Source: Macrostomum lignano (Eukaryota). From it: DNA of 64,000 nt. The notes beneath the pieces were generated by a model. It ran no database searches. It saw only the letters and a program-made list of their open reading frames with translations, and had not been told where the DNA came from. The stretch covers positions 7,961-71,960 of the forward strand of contig NIVC01003883.1 in assembly GCA_002269645.1 (NCBI GenBank). The letters run 5' to 3'. Shown here piece by piece: positions 40,439-52,293 of this stretch; position 1 is the stretch's first letter, and the number at the start of each line of letters is the position of its first letter. Made by a program: the position numbers and the translations under genes.

Positions 40439-41344
40439 ATGACGGACAGTGCAAGCAACAATTCCGCTCCTACACCGCCTACAACCACGCAAGCCGCACC
40501 AAGTTCGGCCGCACCAGTGGTTACACATGCAGTAGGAAACGCCGCCGACACCGCTTCAGTCTCCCTGGCCCACCTGAAGCTGCCAATCTTCTATCGCAAC
40601 AACCCGGAAGCATGGTTTCTCACGCTGGAGGCCCAGTTTATGCTCAACAGGGTGACCAACGAGACCGCCAAATTTTACCACCTAGTCTCTCATCTACCGG
40701 AGGATATCGCGGCTCTGCACTTGTCCGCTCAGACTCCAAAACAGTATGAACAACTGAAAACAGCGATTACATCGACTCTGCAAAAGTCCAAGCAGGAGAA
40801 GGTTTCGGAAGTATTGCAAGTCTCGGACCTCGGAGGAGACAAGCCATCAATCTTCATGCGCAAACTCCGGAGCAAGATGGAGCAGTGCCAGATACAGCCC
40901 GACGAGGAACTCCTCAAGGCCACTCTGATGCGCTGTCTTCCACAGGACCTTCGTATCGCACTGTCGGGATTTCAACAGCAGTCATCCCAGCAAATTTCCG
41001 AGATTGCTGACTCGATGTTGGTCGTCAGAGGCCTTAGCTCTCCATCGCCAGCGACAGTTTGTCCAATTCAGCAGGCCGGTGCAGATAGGACACCCCAACA
41101 GCGCTTTGAGCAAGCTCCACACCGACAAGCACCTGGTAAGCCCACTGGAACAGACCCATTTAAGCCTGGCCAACGCCCCGTCGTTTGCCGCTCACACCTC
41201 TACTATGGCCGCCGTGCTCGGTCGTGTCGCCCGTGGTGCCAGTTTCCCAAGGACAGCTCGCGTCCGATCCGAGTGCTGCATCCCAATGAAAAAACGCCAT
41301 CTCAGTCGCGTTCATCATCACCTTCTCGACAGCCGGAAAACTAA
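40439..41344 (+). CDS. gag: Gag (CHCC type)
   Basis: First ATG downstream of the LTR and primer-binding site within ORF 40187..41344. [15 protein letters not shown]...AQF, LGGDKPS and [18 protein letters not shown] motifs. Confidence 0.9.
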   Translation: MTDSASNNSAPTPPTTTQAAPSSAAPVVTHAVGNAADTASVSLAHLKLPIFYRNNPEAWFLTLEAQFMLNRVTNETAKFYHLVSHLPEDIAALHLSAQTPKQYEQLKTAITSTLQKSKQEKVSEVLQVSDLGGDKPSIFMRKLRSKMEQCQIQPDEELLKATLMRCLPQDLRIALSGFQQQSSQQISEIADSMLVVRGLSSPSPATVCPIQQAGADRTPQQRFEQAPHRQAPGKPTGTDPFKPGQRPVVCRSHLYYGRRARSCRPWCQFPKDSSRPIRVLHPNEKTPSQSRSSSPSRQPEN

Positions 41345-41378
41345 GTCGCACTGCGACCGAGGTCGCGGTGCGCAGTGC
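41335..41378 (+). promoter_or_regulatory. -1 ribosomal frameshift signal (slippery GGAAAAC + stem-loop)
   Basis: G GAA AAC directly before the gag TAA. 6-nt spacer, then hairpin GCACTGCG-ACCG-AGGTCG-CGGT-G-CGCAGTGC. pol is in the -1 frame and open through the site. Confidence 0.8.
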
Positions 41379-44300
41379 CGAGATACCATCGACCACCTGT
41401 TTGGAGTTAGATGTTAAAATCAACAATACCTACAGCAAGTTTCTTGTGGATACCGGAGCCTCGGTTTCCATTGTTCCACCTCACCTCGTTAATGCACTCG
41501 TTCAAGATACAAACGTTCGTTTAATTACTGCTACCGGAGCCGCCATACCAGTTCGCGGGTCGGTCCTACTGGATGTCTCAATCCGCGGTTTGCGTCGCGC
41601 CTTCCAATGGACCTTCCTCGTGGCGTCAGTGGTGAAACCCATCATTGGTTACGATTTCTTGGCTCACCATGGGTTAGTTGTCGATTGTCAGCGCAAACAC
41701 GTTCGAGACTCAGAAACAGGACTGTCTACTGTTACCTTGTCAATTTCAAATGTTCATTGTGGCCCATTCACTGTGTCGGTAGAACTGCCACCCAACCTGG
41801 ATTCTCGGACGAGTACGCTGTTGACAAAGTTTGCAGATTGTTTTTCTTTCGTTGAAGGCGGAGCCCTTCCGCCAGCTTCAGAGGTCAAGCATGACACTGT
41901 TCACCGGCTAGACACTGGCAGTGGACAACCAATTCACTTGCGACCCCGGCAACTGCACCCTGCAAAACTACAGGCTGCAAAGCAGGAGTTTCAGCAGCTA
42001 ATCGATGCTGGCTACCTCAGACCTTCCTCAAGCGCTTGGGCGTCACCCCTCCACATGGCACCCAAGGGAGCTGGCTGGCGTCCGTGCGGTGACTATCGCG
42101 AATTGAACAAACGAACAAAGCCGGACAACTATCCGGTTCCACACATTCAAACCTTCACTCGGTACCTACACGGAAGCACTGTGTTTTCAAAGTTAGACCT
42201 TGTTCGCGCCTTTCATCAAATTCCAGTTGCCGAAGAGGATATTTGCAAAACCGCTATCACCACACCGTTTGGATTGTTCGAGTACACACGCATGCCCTTC
42301 GGCCTGAGGAATGCAGCACAAACATTTCAACGCTTCATTGACTCTGTTTTTCACGGACTGTCATTCGTCATCTCTTACATCGATGATGTCCTGATATTCT
42401 CAAAGACTCGTGAGGACCACTACTCACATTTGGAACAAGTTTTGGACCGCCTAAGAACACACGGCCTACAGGTTCATTTGAAGAAGTGCGAATTCTTTCA
42501 GTCCGAGGTAGATTTCCTTGGCCATCGCGTGACTCCTGAAGGAATAAAACCTCTCCAGAAGAAGATCCAAATAATCACTGACTGGCCGACACCCACGGAT
42601 TCGAACGCACTTCGGCGCTTCCTCGGTGTCGTCGGTTTCTACCGTCGATTCGTTCCCAACTTTGCCGACTGCATCTGTCCGCTGCAAGACCTACTCACTG
42701 CATCACTACAGTCAGCAGGAAACTTCCAATGGACAGAGCAGCATCAGAAATCTTTCGAAAACATCAAACTAGCTCTCTCAGAGAGACTACTGCTGCATCA
42801 TCCGGACCCCAACTGTACTGCGTACCACCTGTACACTGATGCATCAGCCGACTGTGTTGGTGCCGTTCTGCATCAAACCTCTTCAACCGGAACGTCACCT
42901 CTTGGCATGTTCAGCAAGAAGTTGTAGTCATCTCAAAGGATGTACAGCACGTTCGACCGAGAACTACTCGCGGCGTACCTGGCAGTGTTGCACTTCCGCA
43001 GCCTCATTGAAGGACTGAGCGTGACCTTGTTCACCGATCATAAACCACTAGCTCAGGCCTTCCACGCCAATCGCACCACTACGTCAGATCGCAATCAGCG
43101 CTACTTGACCGTCTTGTCCGAGTACGTGGCAGATGTCCAGTACATTCGCGGTGCAGACAACGTAATAGCTGATGCCCTTTCTCGACTGCCTGACTTCCCA
43201 GTGAATGATCACGTGTCCAACATCGCAACAGTCGCTGTAGTCGCTGCCCCATCAAGCCAATTCCCTGTTGATCTGCCTAGTATCGCTGAAGCACAACGAC
43301 CGGAGTCGTTCTCAGCTGCACCAAATATTCGATCGTATTCTCTGGACAAAGACGTCGTCGTTTGGTGTGAGACGTCAACGCCGTATCCTCGCCCGATCAT
43401 TCCGCCGTCCCTCCGTGACGCCGTGATTGCCTCCTTCCATCGACTTGGTCATTTCGGCTACCGTAAAACAGCAAAACTCATCACAGAACGTTACTTTTGG
43501 CCCGGAATGCGCAAGTCCATCAAGACCTACTGCTGGAACTGCCAGGACTGCCAACAGAGTAAAGTCACTCGCCACACTGTCTCCCCGCAACAGGCCTTCG
43601 CATTACCATCAAATCGCTTTGAGGCGGTACACATCGATATTGTGGGACCACTTCCACCAGCTAATGCTACCACCTTTGGCCACCAGTCTGCCCGCTACCT
43701 TCTCACGATGGTCGACCGCTCGACTGGCTGGCTAGAAGCTACACCACTGGAATCAATAACCGCGGAAGTAGTCGCCCATGCATTCGTCTCGTCTTGGGTC
43801 TCGCGCTACGGAGTGCCACTGTATGTAATCACTGATCGGGGGCGCCAGTTCGAATCAGAATTCTTTCACTCGGTCTCGTCATCAATTGGTTTTCATCGAT
43901 TGCGCACAACGGCCTACCACCCTCAAACCAATGGCAAGGTCGAGCGAGCTCATCGCACCCTGAAGACGATGCTACGTGCTCGAGGCAATGACTGGCTGAC
44001 AGACCTACCTGTGGCTCTCCTCGCGATGCACGTCGCACCTGACGACCAAGGAATATCACCGTTCACCAGGGTTACTGGCGAGCTTCCGATGGTTCCGCGC
44101 ATCCTAACTTCTGAACCACTCGCCCCAACGGACATTCGGACACGGCTGCAGGAACTGCTGACAGAGTTACCGAGTCCACACGCGAAGACGCACGAACCAC
44201 GGAGCTACGTACCCAAGGACCTGGAAATGGCTGAATTCGTCTGGGTTCGGGTCGATCGCGTGCGGTCGCCGCTCGAGACGCCGTACTCAGGGCCGTATCG

Positions 44301-44547
44301 CGTGAAACAGCGAACTGACAAATTCTTCGTTATTTTCCTACCGTCAGGCAACACCGAATCTGTCTCTATCGATCGCCTCAAGCCGGCGCGACTTTCGCTT
44401 CCGAAGTCGGCTGTTCAGCCGGCCGCGAACTCGCTGCCGGAAAAAGCCGCCAAACCAGAGGAACCGATGGACTCATCACCTCCTAGAGCGACCTCTAGCG
44501 GCCGCCGAGTCCAATTCCGACGCCATAATGATTACATTTATTATTAA
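41341..44547 (+). pseudogene. pol: Pol (protease, RT, RNase H, integrase) with one in-frame TAG at 42925-42927
   Basis: FLVDTGAS protease; YIDD RT; TDAS...FSKKL*SSQRMYSTFDRELLA RNase H; HHCC zinc finger, D-D-E and GPY motifs of integrase. ORFs 41368..42927 and 42940..44547 share a frame. Confidence 0.93.
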
Positions 44548-44727
44548 CCTTGTAATGTATAACGTCTACTGACTGCTGTTCCAATGTTCTCAATATTTCT
44601 CAATGTTCAACCCCTCATATATAATTTAGCTCGTATTTCAACTGTATAACCGCTTCGTTTCAATAATTTAAGCCATGCCACCATTTTATAATTCAGTTAC
44701 AGTCTCTTTTCCCCGTGCTCCGCAATT

Positions 44728-44738
44728 GGAGGGGGGAG
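44728..44738 (+). promoter_or_regulatory. Polypurine tract GGAGGGGGGAG
   Basis: Lies 3 nt upstream of the 3' LTR. Confidence 0.85.
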
Positions 44739-44741
44739 TCG

Positions 44742-44916
44742 TATGGGTATTTTGTTGTACTTTTTATTTGCAACTCAGTTTGTCATAAATTACCATAGAC
44801 TAATTTCCTTTTACAGTTCTTTCTCGCAGTTTAGTTTCTCGCCCCAAGCCCTCTCGTCTTTAACTCATAAAATATATATGCAATTCAAATCTAAGTTAAG
44901 TTGTAGTTTCACTACA
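44742..44916 (+). repeat. 3' LTR (175 bp)
   Basis: Matches the 5' LTR and is followed by AAGT. Confidence 0.95.
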
Positions 44917-45754
44917 AAGTAATATATTCGACAAATCTACTTACATTCTACTAAATTCTCCGTAACGGCTATCCTGTCTTCTAGGCATTCTATAGGATGG
45001 AATCATCTTTGAATGCTTAACCACAACCACAGCTAACCCCCCCCCCCTGAGCCTAAGCCGGAGCTTCCTAAGCCTGAGCCGGAGCTCCCTTCGGCTAATC
45101 GTTTGTTTGCATTGAGTTGGACTGCCGGAAATTAAGCACCGATTTAAACGCTGAAAGAACCCTGGCACATTATCTGACGGTCGATCTAACGCGGCGCGGC
45201 AGCTCAGCTCGCCGTGCTCCCGTCTAAACGCCATAATTTTAGTTGCTGTATTACCGACTAGACGGTCGTCAATAGGCTGAGCTAGGGCCTGCGCAAGTAG
45301 AAGAATTGGAAACTATGTTTCTTGGAAAATTTTGAATTTAGGAGGCCAGGTTTTTTTCAAAAAAATACATTACAGAAACAGGTTTTCATTTTTATAGGGC
45401 CTAGCTCTATTGATATTTTCTATACTATGCCTAAAAAAATAAAATGCATGGCATAGCTTTACTCATCATTTTTATAAATCTATTTATCTTTTCTATCTGT
45501 TATATAATATTGTTATAGTCAACTAGAGCCTCAGGCTAAGAATTATAAAATTGATTCATGAGATGAAACCAATGAGCCAAGCTTTTTTATTTTTTTGGTT
45601 TCAAGGCTATCAAGACTATAATACTATAGGCCTATAAATTATAAGTGCAATATATATTTAATAAAAAATAATTTTTTAAACAAAAAGCTTTTTAGAAAGT
45701 AATAGAACTAGAACTATAAAAAGGCAAATTATCTCAAATGATAGGCCTAGTTAG

Positions 45755-46798
45755 GGCAAGCCCCTTGGCCCCCACTCTGGCAAATGTCTGCTTGGCCCAC
45801 TGGGAAACCAAAAATTGGATGTCTCTTAACTATGCCCCCAAATTCTACAGGCACTACATCGATGATACGTTTGCTATCTTAAATTTGATCAGGAGCAAAA
45901 AATTGATCAGTTCCTCCACGGCCCACGCTCTCAACTCCACTCATAAGAACATCAAATTCACGGTTGAACATGCTGTTGACCAGACTCCTATTCCTGGACA
46001 TTGGCATTGACTACAGACAGTAAGGAAACCCTCTCCACAAAAGTCTTCCATAAGAAAAGCTTTACCAATCTCATTCTCAATTTCCAAGCCACTTGCCCCA
46101 GACAATGGAAAACTGGGCTTGTGAGGTGTTTGCTCCATAGGCATAGAGCTTTCACTACCTATAACACCTGGATCAACTTTGACTGGGAGGTGCAGTTCCT
46201 TACCAGACTGTTCTATCAAAATGACTACCCCGTTTGTCTGGTTCAAAAAATCATCAACAAGTTCATCTCGGACAAAATCACCAAACAAAAACCTAAGCAA
46301 TCTGTTACCACTGAAGAATTTGAACCCATTCTGCGTCTCCCCTTCCTCGGACCTCCATCTCTAGCCTTGAAAAACAGAATGCATAGGTTATTCTTTGCCT
46401 CTTTCAATAGTAATATCTAGGTTGTCTTCTACATAAACAAGATTGGAAACTTTGTTAGCAGATTAAAGTTGCGTGTTCCTCGTACTCTGTGTGCAGGTGT
46501 TGTTTACCAATTTAACTGCTCTGTGGACCAGAGCGTCTCCTACGTGGGGAAAACCAAAAGACACCTACACACGAGGATCAGGGAACACTGGCTCAAACCA
46601 CCTGCTATACAAACTCACCTCTTTGAATGCACTAACTGCAATGACTGCAAACCAGAAGAACACTTTAAAATCATTGACCAAAGCCATACTGATGCCAAAC
46701 TTAGAATTCTCGAGGCCCTACACATAAAAGCTCAGTCCCCTAATCTCAACACCCAATTACAACATAATGGTGCAGGTCACGTTCTCTGCGTTTTCTGA
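45755..46798 (+). mobile_element. 5'-truncated, degenerate Penelope-like retroelement (RT C-half, thumb, GIY-YIG endonuclease)
   Basis: SPLAPTLAN, YIDDTF, NIKFTVEH, LFLD, KKSFTN, GVVYQFNC...YVGKTKRHLHTRIREH, LEALHIK...PNLNTQ. Frameshifts near 45985-46020 and an in-frame TAG at 46418-46420. Confidence 0.92.
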
Positions 46799-47817
46799 AC
46801 AGTGAGTGACACAAACGTGTATGCTGTGTACACTTAACTTGACGTTCATTTACTTAAGCTACCACCCCTGATTCTGCCTTTTGACCACTGAACAAGAATT
46901 GTGTACTTTTGGTTTATTTTCAATCTTAATCTATAATTTTCTCTCCTACCTACCTATGTATGTTGTTAAAGCCAAGTTGTAATCAATTGTTTTCAATCTT
47001 ACCCTCCTTATCTATGTACGTTGCAAAAACCAATATTTAATCAATTGTTTTCAATCTCACTTTCTCAAATTGTTCTAATAAAATCCTAACGATGCACAAT
47101 GGTGTGCAAAGTTGTTAGAAATTGCAATCATATTCAAATGTTGATATTAAGCTTTCTAAAATGCTAATAGGTTTTGTTCATCTTTTGTCATGTTTAATTG
47201 CTGATTTAGTGGCAGTTTCGGTTGTCAACTCAGATTCAGTTCTAAATCAGTAGGATTTGGAGCTCCTTGTAGATGACTGGTCTTGGGATATGATCAGCTA
47301 AGTTTAATGTTTGGCATCTGTTAGTAGGATTTGTTGGTGCAGCTTCGGCTGTGGTGGCATGGTTTGGGGTCTGGAGCTCCTTCTATATGATCGCTACTTA
47401 GACCAGTTGCCAGGTTGTTGAGGTGCCTAAAGGTCAATCTTTGTCAATGGCTTTGGCGTCATTGTTGTTGGATTTAGATACGTTAGCAGATGATAAGGTG
47501 TAGCAGCTGTCAGCGTTGCTGCTGAACCTCACTCTCTTAAACACCAGATAGCAAGCGGGTTGGCAGTGGTTGTCACTGGCTATGCTATGGTCCCAGTCCT
47601 TGTCACCTTCAGCTAGTAGATGGCGGCTCCTAGTAAGGCAACATGTTGTGCTGCTAAAGCTAGTAAATAACCTCTGCATGTCTCGATAATGGCTGGCAGA
47701 TGGCCTTGGCTTTGTTGCCGGCAGGTGCAGCACTGTCAGTGGTTTGCTGTCAGCTGTTGATGATGTTGGCAACATAGCCTTGCCATTGGACTCCTTCAAT
47801 GTTGCCTCAGTAGTAGA

Positions 47818-47842
47818 CTAGGGTTAGGGTTAGGGTTAGGGT
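47818..47842 (+). repeat. Short interstitial telomere-type tract CTAGGG(TTAGGG)3T
   Basis: Direct reading. Confidence 0.8.
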
Positions 47843-48506
47843 ATTATAATATTATAAATATTATGTTTCTATAAGGTAGGCCTACAGTTTAAAGTTATTG
47901 TTATTGCTTTTATAAAATCTTCATTTTTTAATGAGTAAGTCCCTCTATTATAATAAATAGTAAATATTTCTTAATATCTATTTAAAATATTTTGAGTTTT
48001 TTGTTAGTTCTAGGCTAGAAATACTGATATCATATATGCAATTTCTAAAATTATATTATACTTGTCATGTGGATTAGTTTTGACTAAAAATATGGTAAGA
48101 GTTTTTATTAAACATTATTTGCAAAGTTTTTTATCATAATAGTCCCTAGTAGTACTTTCTTAGCCCTAATTTAGAGATTTAAACAGTATTATTCCTTTGT
48201 ATTATCATTTGTTAAGCTTTGGATTTTATAATTAATATAAAGTCTATAATTATATTTTATATTCATTGAGCTAATAGCTTAGACCTGAGATTTTTTTAAA
48301 AAATTAAAAAATAATATAAATTTATATTGATACACTGTTTGATTGAAACAAATGCAATCATTGAGAAATTTTTTTAGCCTGCTTAATCTATTTTAATAGA
48401 CAAATTAACTGAATATAAGCATTTGTTTAAATGTTAACTAGAGCAATGAGAGAACAAATGGGGTTGCAGGCCCAGGACTAAAAAATTCTATGAAGGCAAG
48501 GTGCAT

Positions 48507-48833
48507 GAGTATTAGTGTAAGAGTATTGGTACAAGAGTATTGGTACAAGAGTATTGGTACAAGAGTATTGGTACAAGAGTATTGGTACAAGAGTATTGGT
48601 ACAAGAGTATTAGTGTAAGAGTATTGGTACAAGAGTATTGGTACAAGAGTATTGGTACAAGAGTATTGGTACAAGAGTATTAGTGTAAGAGTATTGGTAC
48701 AAGAGTATTGGTACAAGAGTATTGGTACAAGAGTATTAGTGTAAGAGTATTGGTACAAGAGTATTGGTACAAGAGTATTAGTGTAAGAGTATTGGTACAA
48801 GAGTATTGGTACAAGAGTATTGGTACAAGAGTA
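48507..48833. repeat. 15-bp minisatellite GAGTATTGGTACAA(GA)/GAGTATTAGTGTAA, about 22 copies
   Basis: Direct reading. Confidence 0.97.
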
Positions 48834-49053
48834 AAGCTAATAAGTCATAACAAGCATACAGTCATTCTCAGTTTAGTCAATTAAGGTGCAAGCAAGCTCA
48901 GTGTTGCCTCAATATTTTTTAATCAATTGCCCTTTGTAAATTCACAGTTAAAAAATAGAAAACGTAAATGTCTGATTTTATACACATTCTGACAGCTTGA
49001 TTGAGAGCCAACCTGGAAACTGAGATGTCAATCACCTTCTGCAGCTCCAGGCA

Positions 49054-49598
49054 ATGCCAGCAACTGGCCAGAAGCAGCAGTTTGCCAACCTCTTGTGCGA
49101 GTACTGCGGCGATGAGCCCGCTGCAGTGGCCTGCTCTGCGCCCCGCTGCAAGCGCCTCTGCTGCGCCTGCGACGCTGTCTGGCATGGCCACCCGAGCGCC
49201 GCAGCCACCGCGCCACCCGCAAGGAGATCCCCCAGGCTGCCTCGAGCTCTACGCGCCATCAGTCGGCTCGGCTCAAGGCTGAGGACGCCCCGTGTCCAGC
49301 GTGCACTCTGCTGAACCCGCCCGATGCCCACAGTTGCCGCTTGTGCAACACTCCGCTGCCACCGCGAGCGGCTGGTGCCGATGTTGCCCACCTGGAAGGT
49401 GTCGACCTGCGCGCCAGCATGATGGCGCAGGAGCGGCGCCAGCTGGCGCTGGTCAACCGGCTGCACCAAGAGTACCGAAGCCTGGCTTCTGGCAAGCACC
49501 TGGAGTGCCGGGGTTCGGCCTCTGATAAGCACCTGGAGTACCGGGGCTTGGCCTCCGACAAGCACCTGGAATACCGGGGCCTGACCTTCCAAAAATAA
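49054..49598 (+). CDS. B-box + RanBP2/NZF zinc-finger protein (resembles the HOIP/RNF31 N-terminal region); 1-nt frameshift at about 49194-49196
   Basis: CEYCGDEPAAVACSAPRCKRLCCACDAVWHGHP then, after restoring one base, ERRSHR...APCPACTLLNPPDAHSCRLCNTP. C-terminal 33-bp repeats encode KHLEYRGLASD. An acceptor-like TTCTGCAG precedes the ATG. Confidence 0.65.
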
Positions 49599-50235
49599 AT
49601 TTTAATGCGTTTATCGAATCGTGTTTTCGTAGCCAACAGATCGTTTTGGTTTGTTTGCCGATCTGCTCTGGTGACTTGCAGTTGTGCAATAATGAAATCC
49701 AACCGTTTCTGTTTCAATGACATTGTTCTGCTTTCATTCAGTACCTTTGACCCGGTGTCGCATTTTATGCTCACAAAGCAGATTTTTCTATATTTATTAG
49801 GGAGTGCTTAAAAGTATCCCTTTATTGCTCCAGTTTACCTTAGCGTTACCGTTGCCTCACTGGTTGCATTATATTCTATCCGGCTTGATGTCAGTCTGTT
49901 TTTGGTTATTTTCTCAGTTTTATAATACAAGCATTTGCTACCAATTGAACCGAATTGAAGTTTGTTACTTTATCAACTTTTTGACTGCTTATTAGCCTAA
50001 ATTTTACCTGTCAACGAATGAGACTACTTCTAATTTAGTTTGTAAGTAGTAGCTTAGCAAATTATGCTAGGGGACAGGGTAGCTCAGCGGTAAATTTCGC
50101 TAACTTTCTCACGCTACGAACCCTGGTTGTTTGACCGCCCCCTGATAATAATAATATTATTTGTACTCGTAGTAGTAGTAACTTATGTTGAAAATATAAC
50201 AAAATTTCTGTCTGGCAACTGCTGCTGATTGCCCA

Positions 50236-50442
50236 ATGACTAGCAGCGCTAGAGTGGTGCTGGCCACCTCGGCCGAGACCTTCGAGTCCGCCCTGGCCTC
50301 CGCCAAGCCGGGCGGCCTCTGCCTGCTGCACTTCAGAGCTGACTGGGCGGCCCAGTGCGTCCAGATGTCGCTGGTGATGGACGAGCTGGCCAAGGAGCCG
50401 GCCTACTCAGCTGTCACTTTTGTCAATGTGGAGGCTGAACAG
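50236..50442 (+). CDS. GLRX3: Glutaredoxin-3 (PICOT) exon 1, thioredoxin-like domain
   Basis: HFRADWAAQC (single-Cys Trx-like motif). Donor CAG|GTGAGC at 50442/50443. Confidence 0.92.
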
Positions 50443-50515
50443 GTGAGCTGTGCGGAGCTGCTTGCTGGTCAAAGTGAGTCGCAAAATCCATTTGATTCAA
50501 TCAAACCGCATGCAG

Positions 50516-51346
50516 GTGCCGCAGGTAACCAGCAGGTTTGGCGTCCTGGCGGTGCCCACCTTTCTGCTTGTGCGCAGGGCGGCTGAGAGCCAGCAGCCGC
50601 AAGTTGTGGACCGCCTGAACGGTGCTGACCCCGCGGCCCTGGCCGCCAAGCTCTCGGCCGCTGTGTCCGCCACCGCCCCGGCTACCGGCGGGGACGTCGC
50701 CGCGGCGCCAAAAGAGACGCAGGCGCAGCTGGAGGCCCGCCTGAAGTCGCTGCTGACCCGCTCGCCAGTCTTGCTGTTCATGAAAGGCTCGCCAGACGCG
50801 CCTCGCTGCGGCTTCAGCCGGCAGATCGTGGAGCTGCTGCGGAAGCACGCCGAGGTGGCGCCTTTCGACCACTTCGACATCCTCACCGACCAAGCCGTGC
50901 GAGAGGGCTTGAAGAAGCTGAGCAACTGGCCAACCTACCCGCAGCTGTACGCAGCCGGCGAGTTGCTGGGCGGTCTCGACGTTGTTCGCGAGATGGACGA
51001 GGCCGGCGAGCTGGGCCCCGCGCTGAAAGCCGCCGTGACGGCCCGCCTGGAGAAGCTGGTCAAGGCCGCGCCAGTCATGCTGTTCATGAAAGGCTCGCCA
51101 GACGCGCCCCGCTGCGGCTTCAGCCGGCAGATCGTGGAGCTGCTGCGCTCCGAGGGCGTCCAGTTCGGCCACTTCGACATCCTGCAGGACAATTCCGTGC
51201 GAGAGGGCCTGAAGAAGTTCAGCAACTGGCCGACCTTCCCGCAGCTGTACGCTGATGGGCAGCTGTTGGGCGGCCTGGATATTGTGCGGGAGATGCAGCA
51301 GGCCGGTGAACTCAAGGAGGCACTGCCGGCCAGTTGCCGAGCTTAG
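50516..51346 (+). CDS. GLRX3: Glutaredoxin-3 exon 2, two monothiol Grx domains
   Basis: Acceptor CATGCAG|GTG at 50515/50516 gives EAEQ|VPQV...AVPTF. Two LFMKG..P.CGFS...NWPT(Y/F)PQLY..G.LLGGLD domains. 73-bp intron. Confidence 0.95.
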   Translation: MPQVTSRFGVLAVPTFLLVRRAAESQQPQVVDRLNGADPAALAAKLSAAVSATAPATGGDVAAAPKETQAQLEARLKSLLTRSPVLLFMKGSPDAPRCGFSRQIVELLRKHAEVAPFDHFDILTDQAVREGLKKLSNWPTYPQLYAAGELLGGLDVVREMDEAGELGPALKAAVTARLEKLVKAAPVMLFMKGSPDAPRCGFSRQIVELLRSEGVQFGHFDILQDNSVREGLKKFSNWPTFPQLYADGQLLGGLDIVREMQQAGELKEALPASCRA

Positions 51347-52293
51347 GGGAGGCCATGAGTTGCCAGCGACTTCAGACTTGGCTGAACTGGGCTTAGACTG
51401 GGTTTTCATACAGTCCGTCATGGCAGCACTTTGATGCGTAGATCATTTCTGTAAACTTCGAATATCCCGGTTGCCATGGCGAACTTCAGCTAACTAGCAA
51501 GATGGATTGATTTCCAACAATAGACTCTGCTTTGACCACCTGGTTTGCGCCTTGGTTTGCATGGCAATATCAGCAATATTGTGACCGTAGTGTTCTGGAC
51601 TAGCAGGACCATCTGTGAGCGGTTCAGCACTCTCTTACCGTGTTAATTTGCTTCAGTGTTCGATGCTTTTACTAAAGCAACTCGGGGTTCAGAATGGAAC
51701 TCTGTGTGTTTGCTAGTTACCAGCCTCATTCTTTAAACCTTCCGTGACTTTTATTTGCTTCATTCTTTGCCCGTTACATTGAGTTCTAATTAATACTCTG
51801 GCCGCAGTCTGGCAGCCTTAGGGCACCTCGGCTGGCGCGGGTCGATGCCTCCCCCGGCCCAGCAAGTCTCAGCTCCCGCCCGCTGGTCGGACAAAATCGA
51901 TTTCTGGGCCTCATGGAAACGGGCAGAAAACTTCATCAGCTGCCACTAAAAATTGATCGCGGCCCTTCGATCGATTCTTCAGAAAGGCCAGCGTTTTTAG
52001 ATAGCGGATACAGACGTGTGGCTCCATTTGGCCTGTTTCAAAAACATTTTCAGCAACATAGGAACATTTAGATGGCTACAATAGATTGGTATCGTCAGCT
52101 GCAATGAGCTTGAGTGTAAGGAAAGTCTTCATGAGTCTCTTGGCGAAATTCAATGCAGTCATTTTATCATCATCCAGCACTGGCAAGCACATTATTCATA
52201 TTTTGCAAGCACATTATCACTTAGCCGAATGACATTTATTATACGAGTAACGGAAATAACAAATTTCAATTTGTCATCGTGACGAGTTCGCCG

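Larger units (their letters stand above)
40186..44916 (+). mobile_element. Full-length Ty3/gypsy LTR retrotransposon, CsRn1/Boudicca/Kabuki-like clade
   Basis: Two 175-bp LTRs that appear identical, AAGT flanking duplication (40182-40185, 44917-44920), primer-binding site, polypurine tract, gag with C-X2-H-X9-C-X3-C (CHCC) motif, pol order PR-RT-RH-IN. Confidence 0.97.

Noticed and set aside
47434-47799. 121-aa minus-strand ORF next to the telomeric tract
   Set aside because: No recognisable motifs. It could be a decayed exon but cannot be supported.
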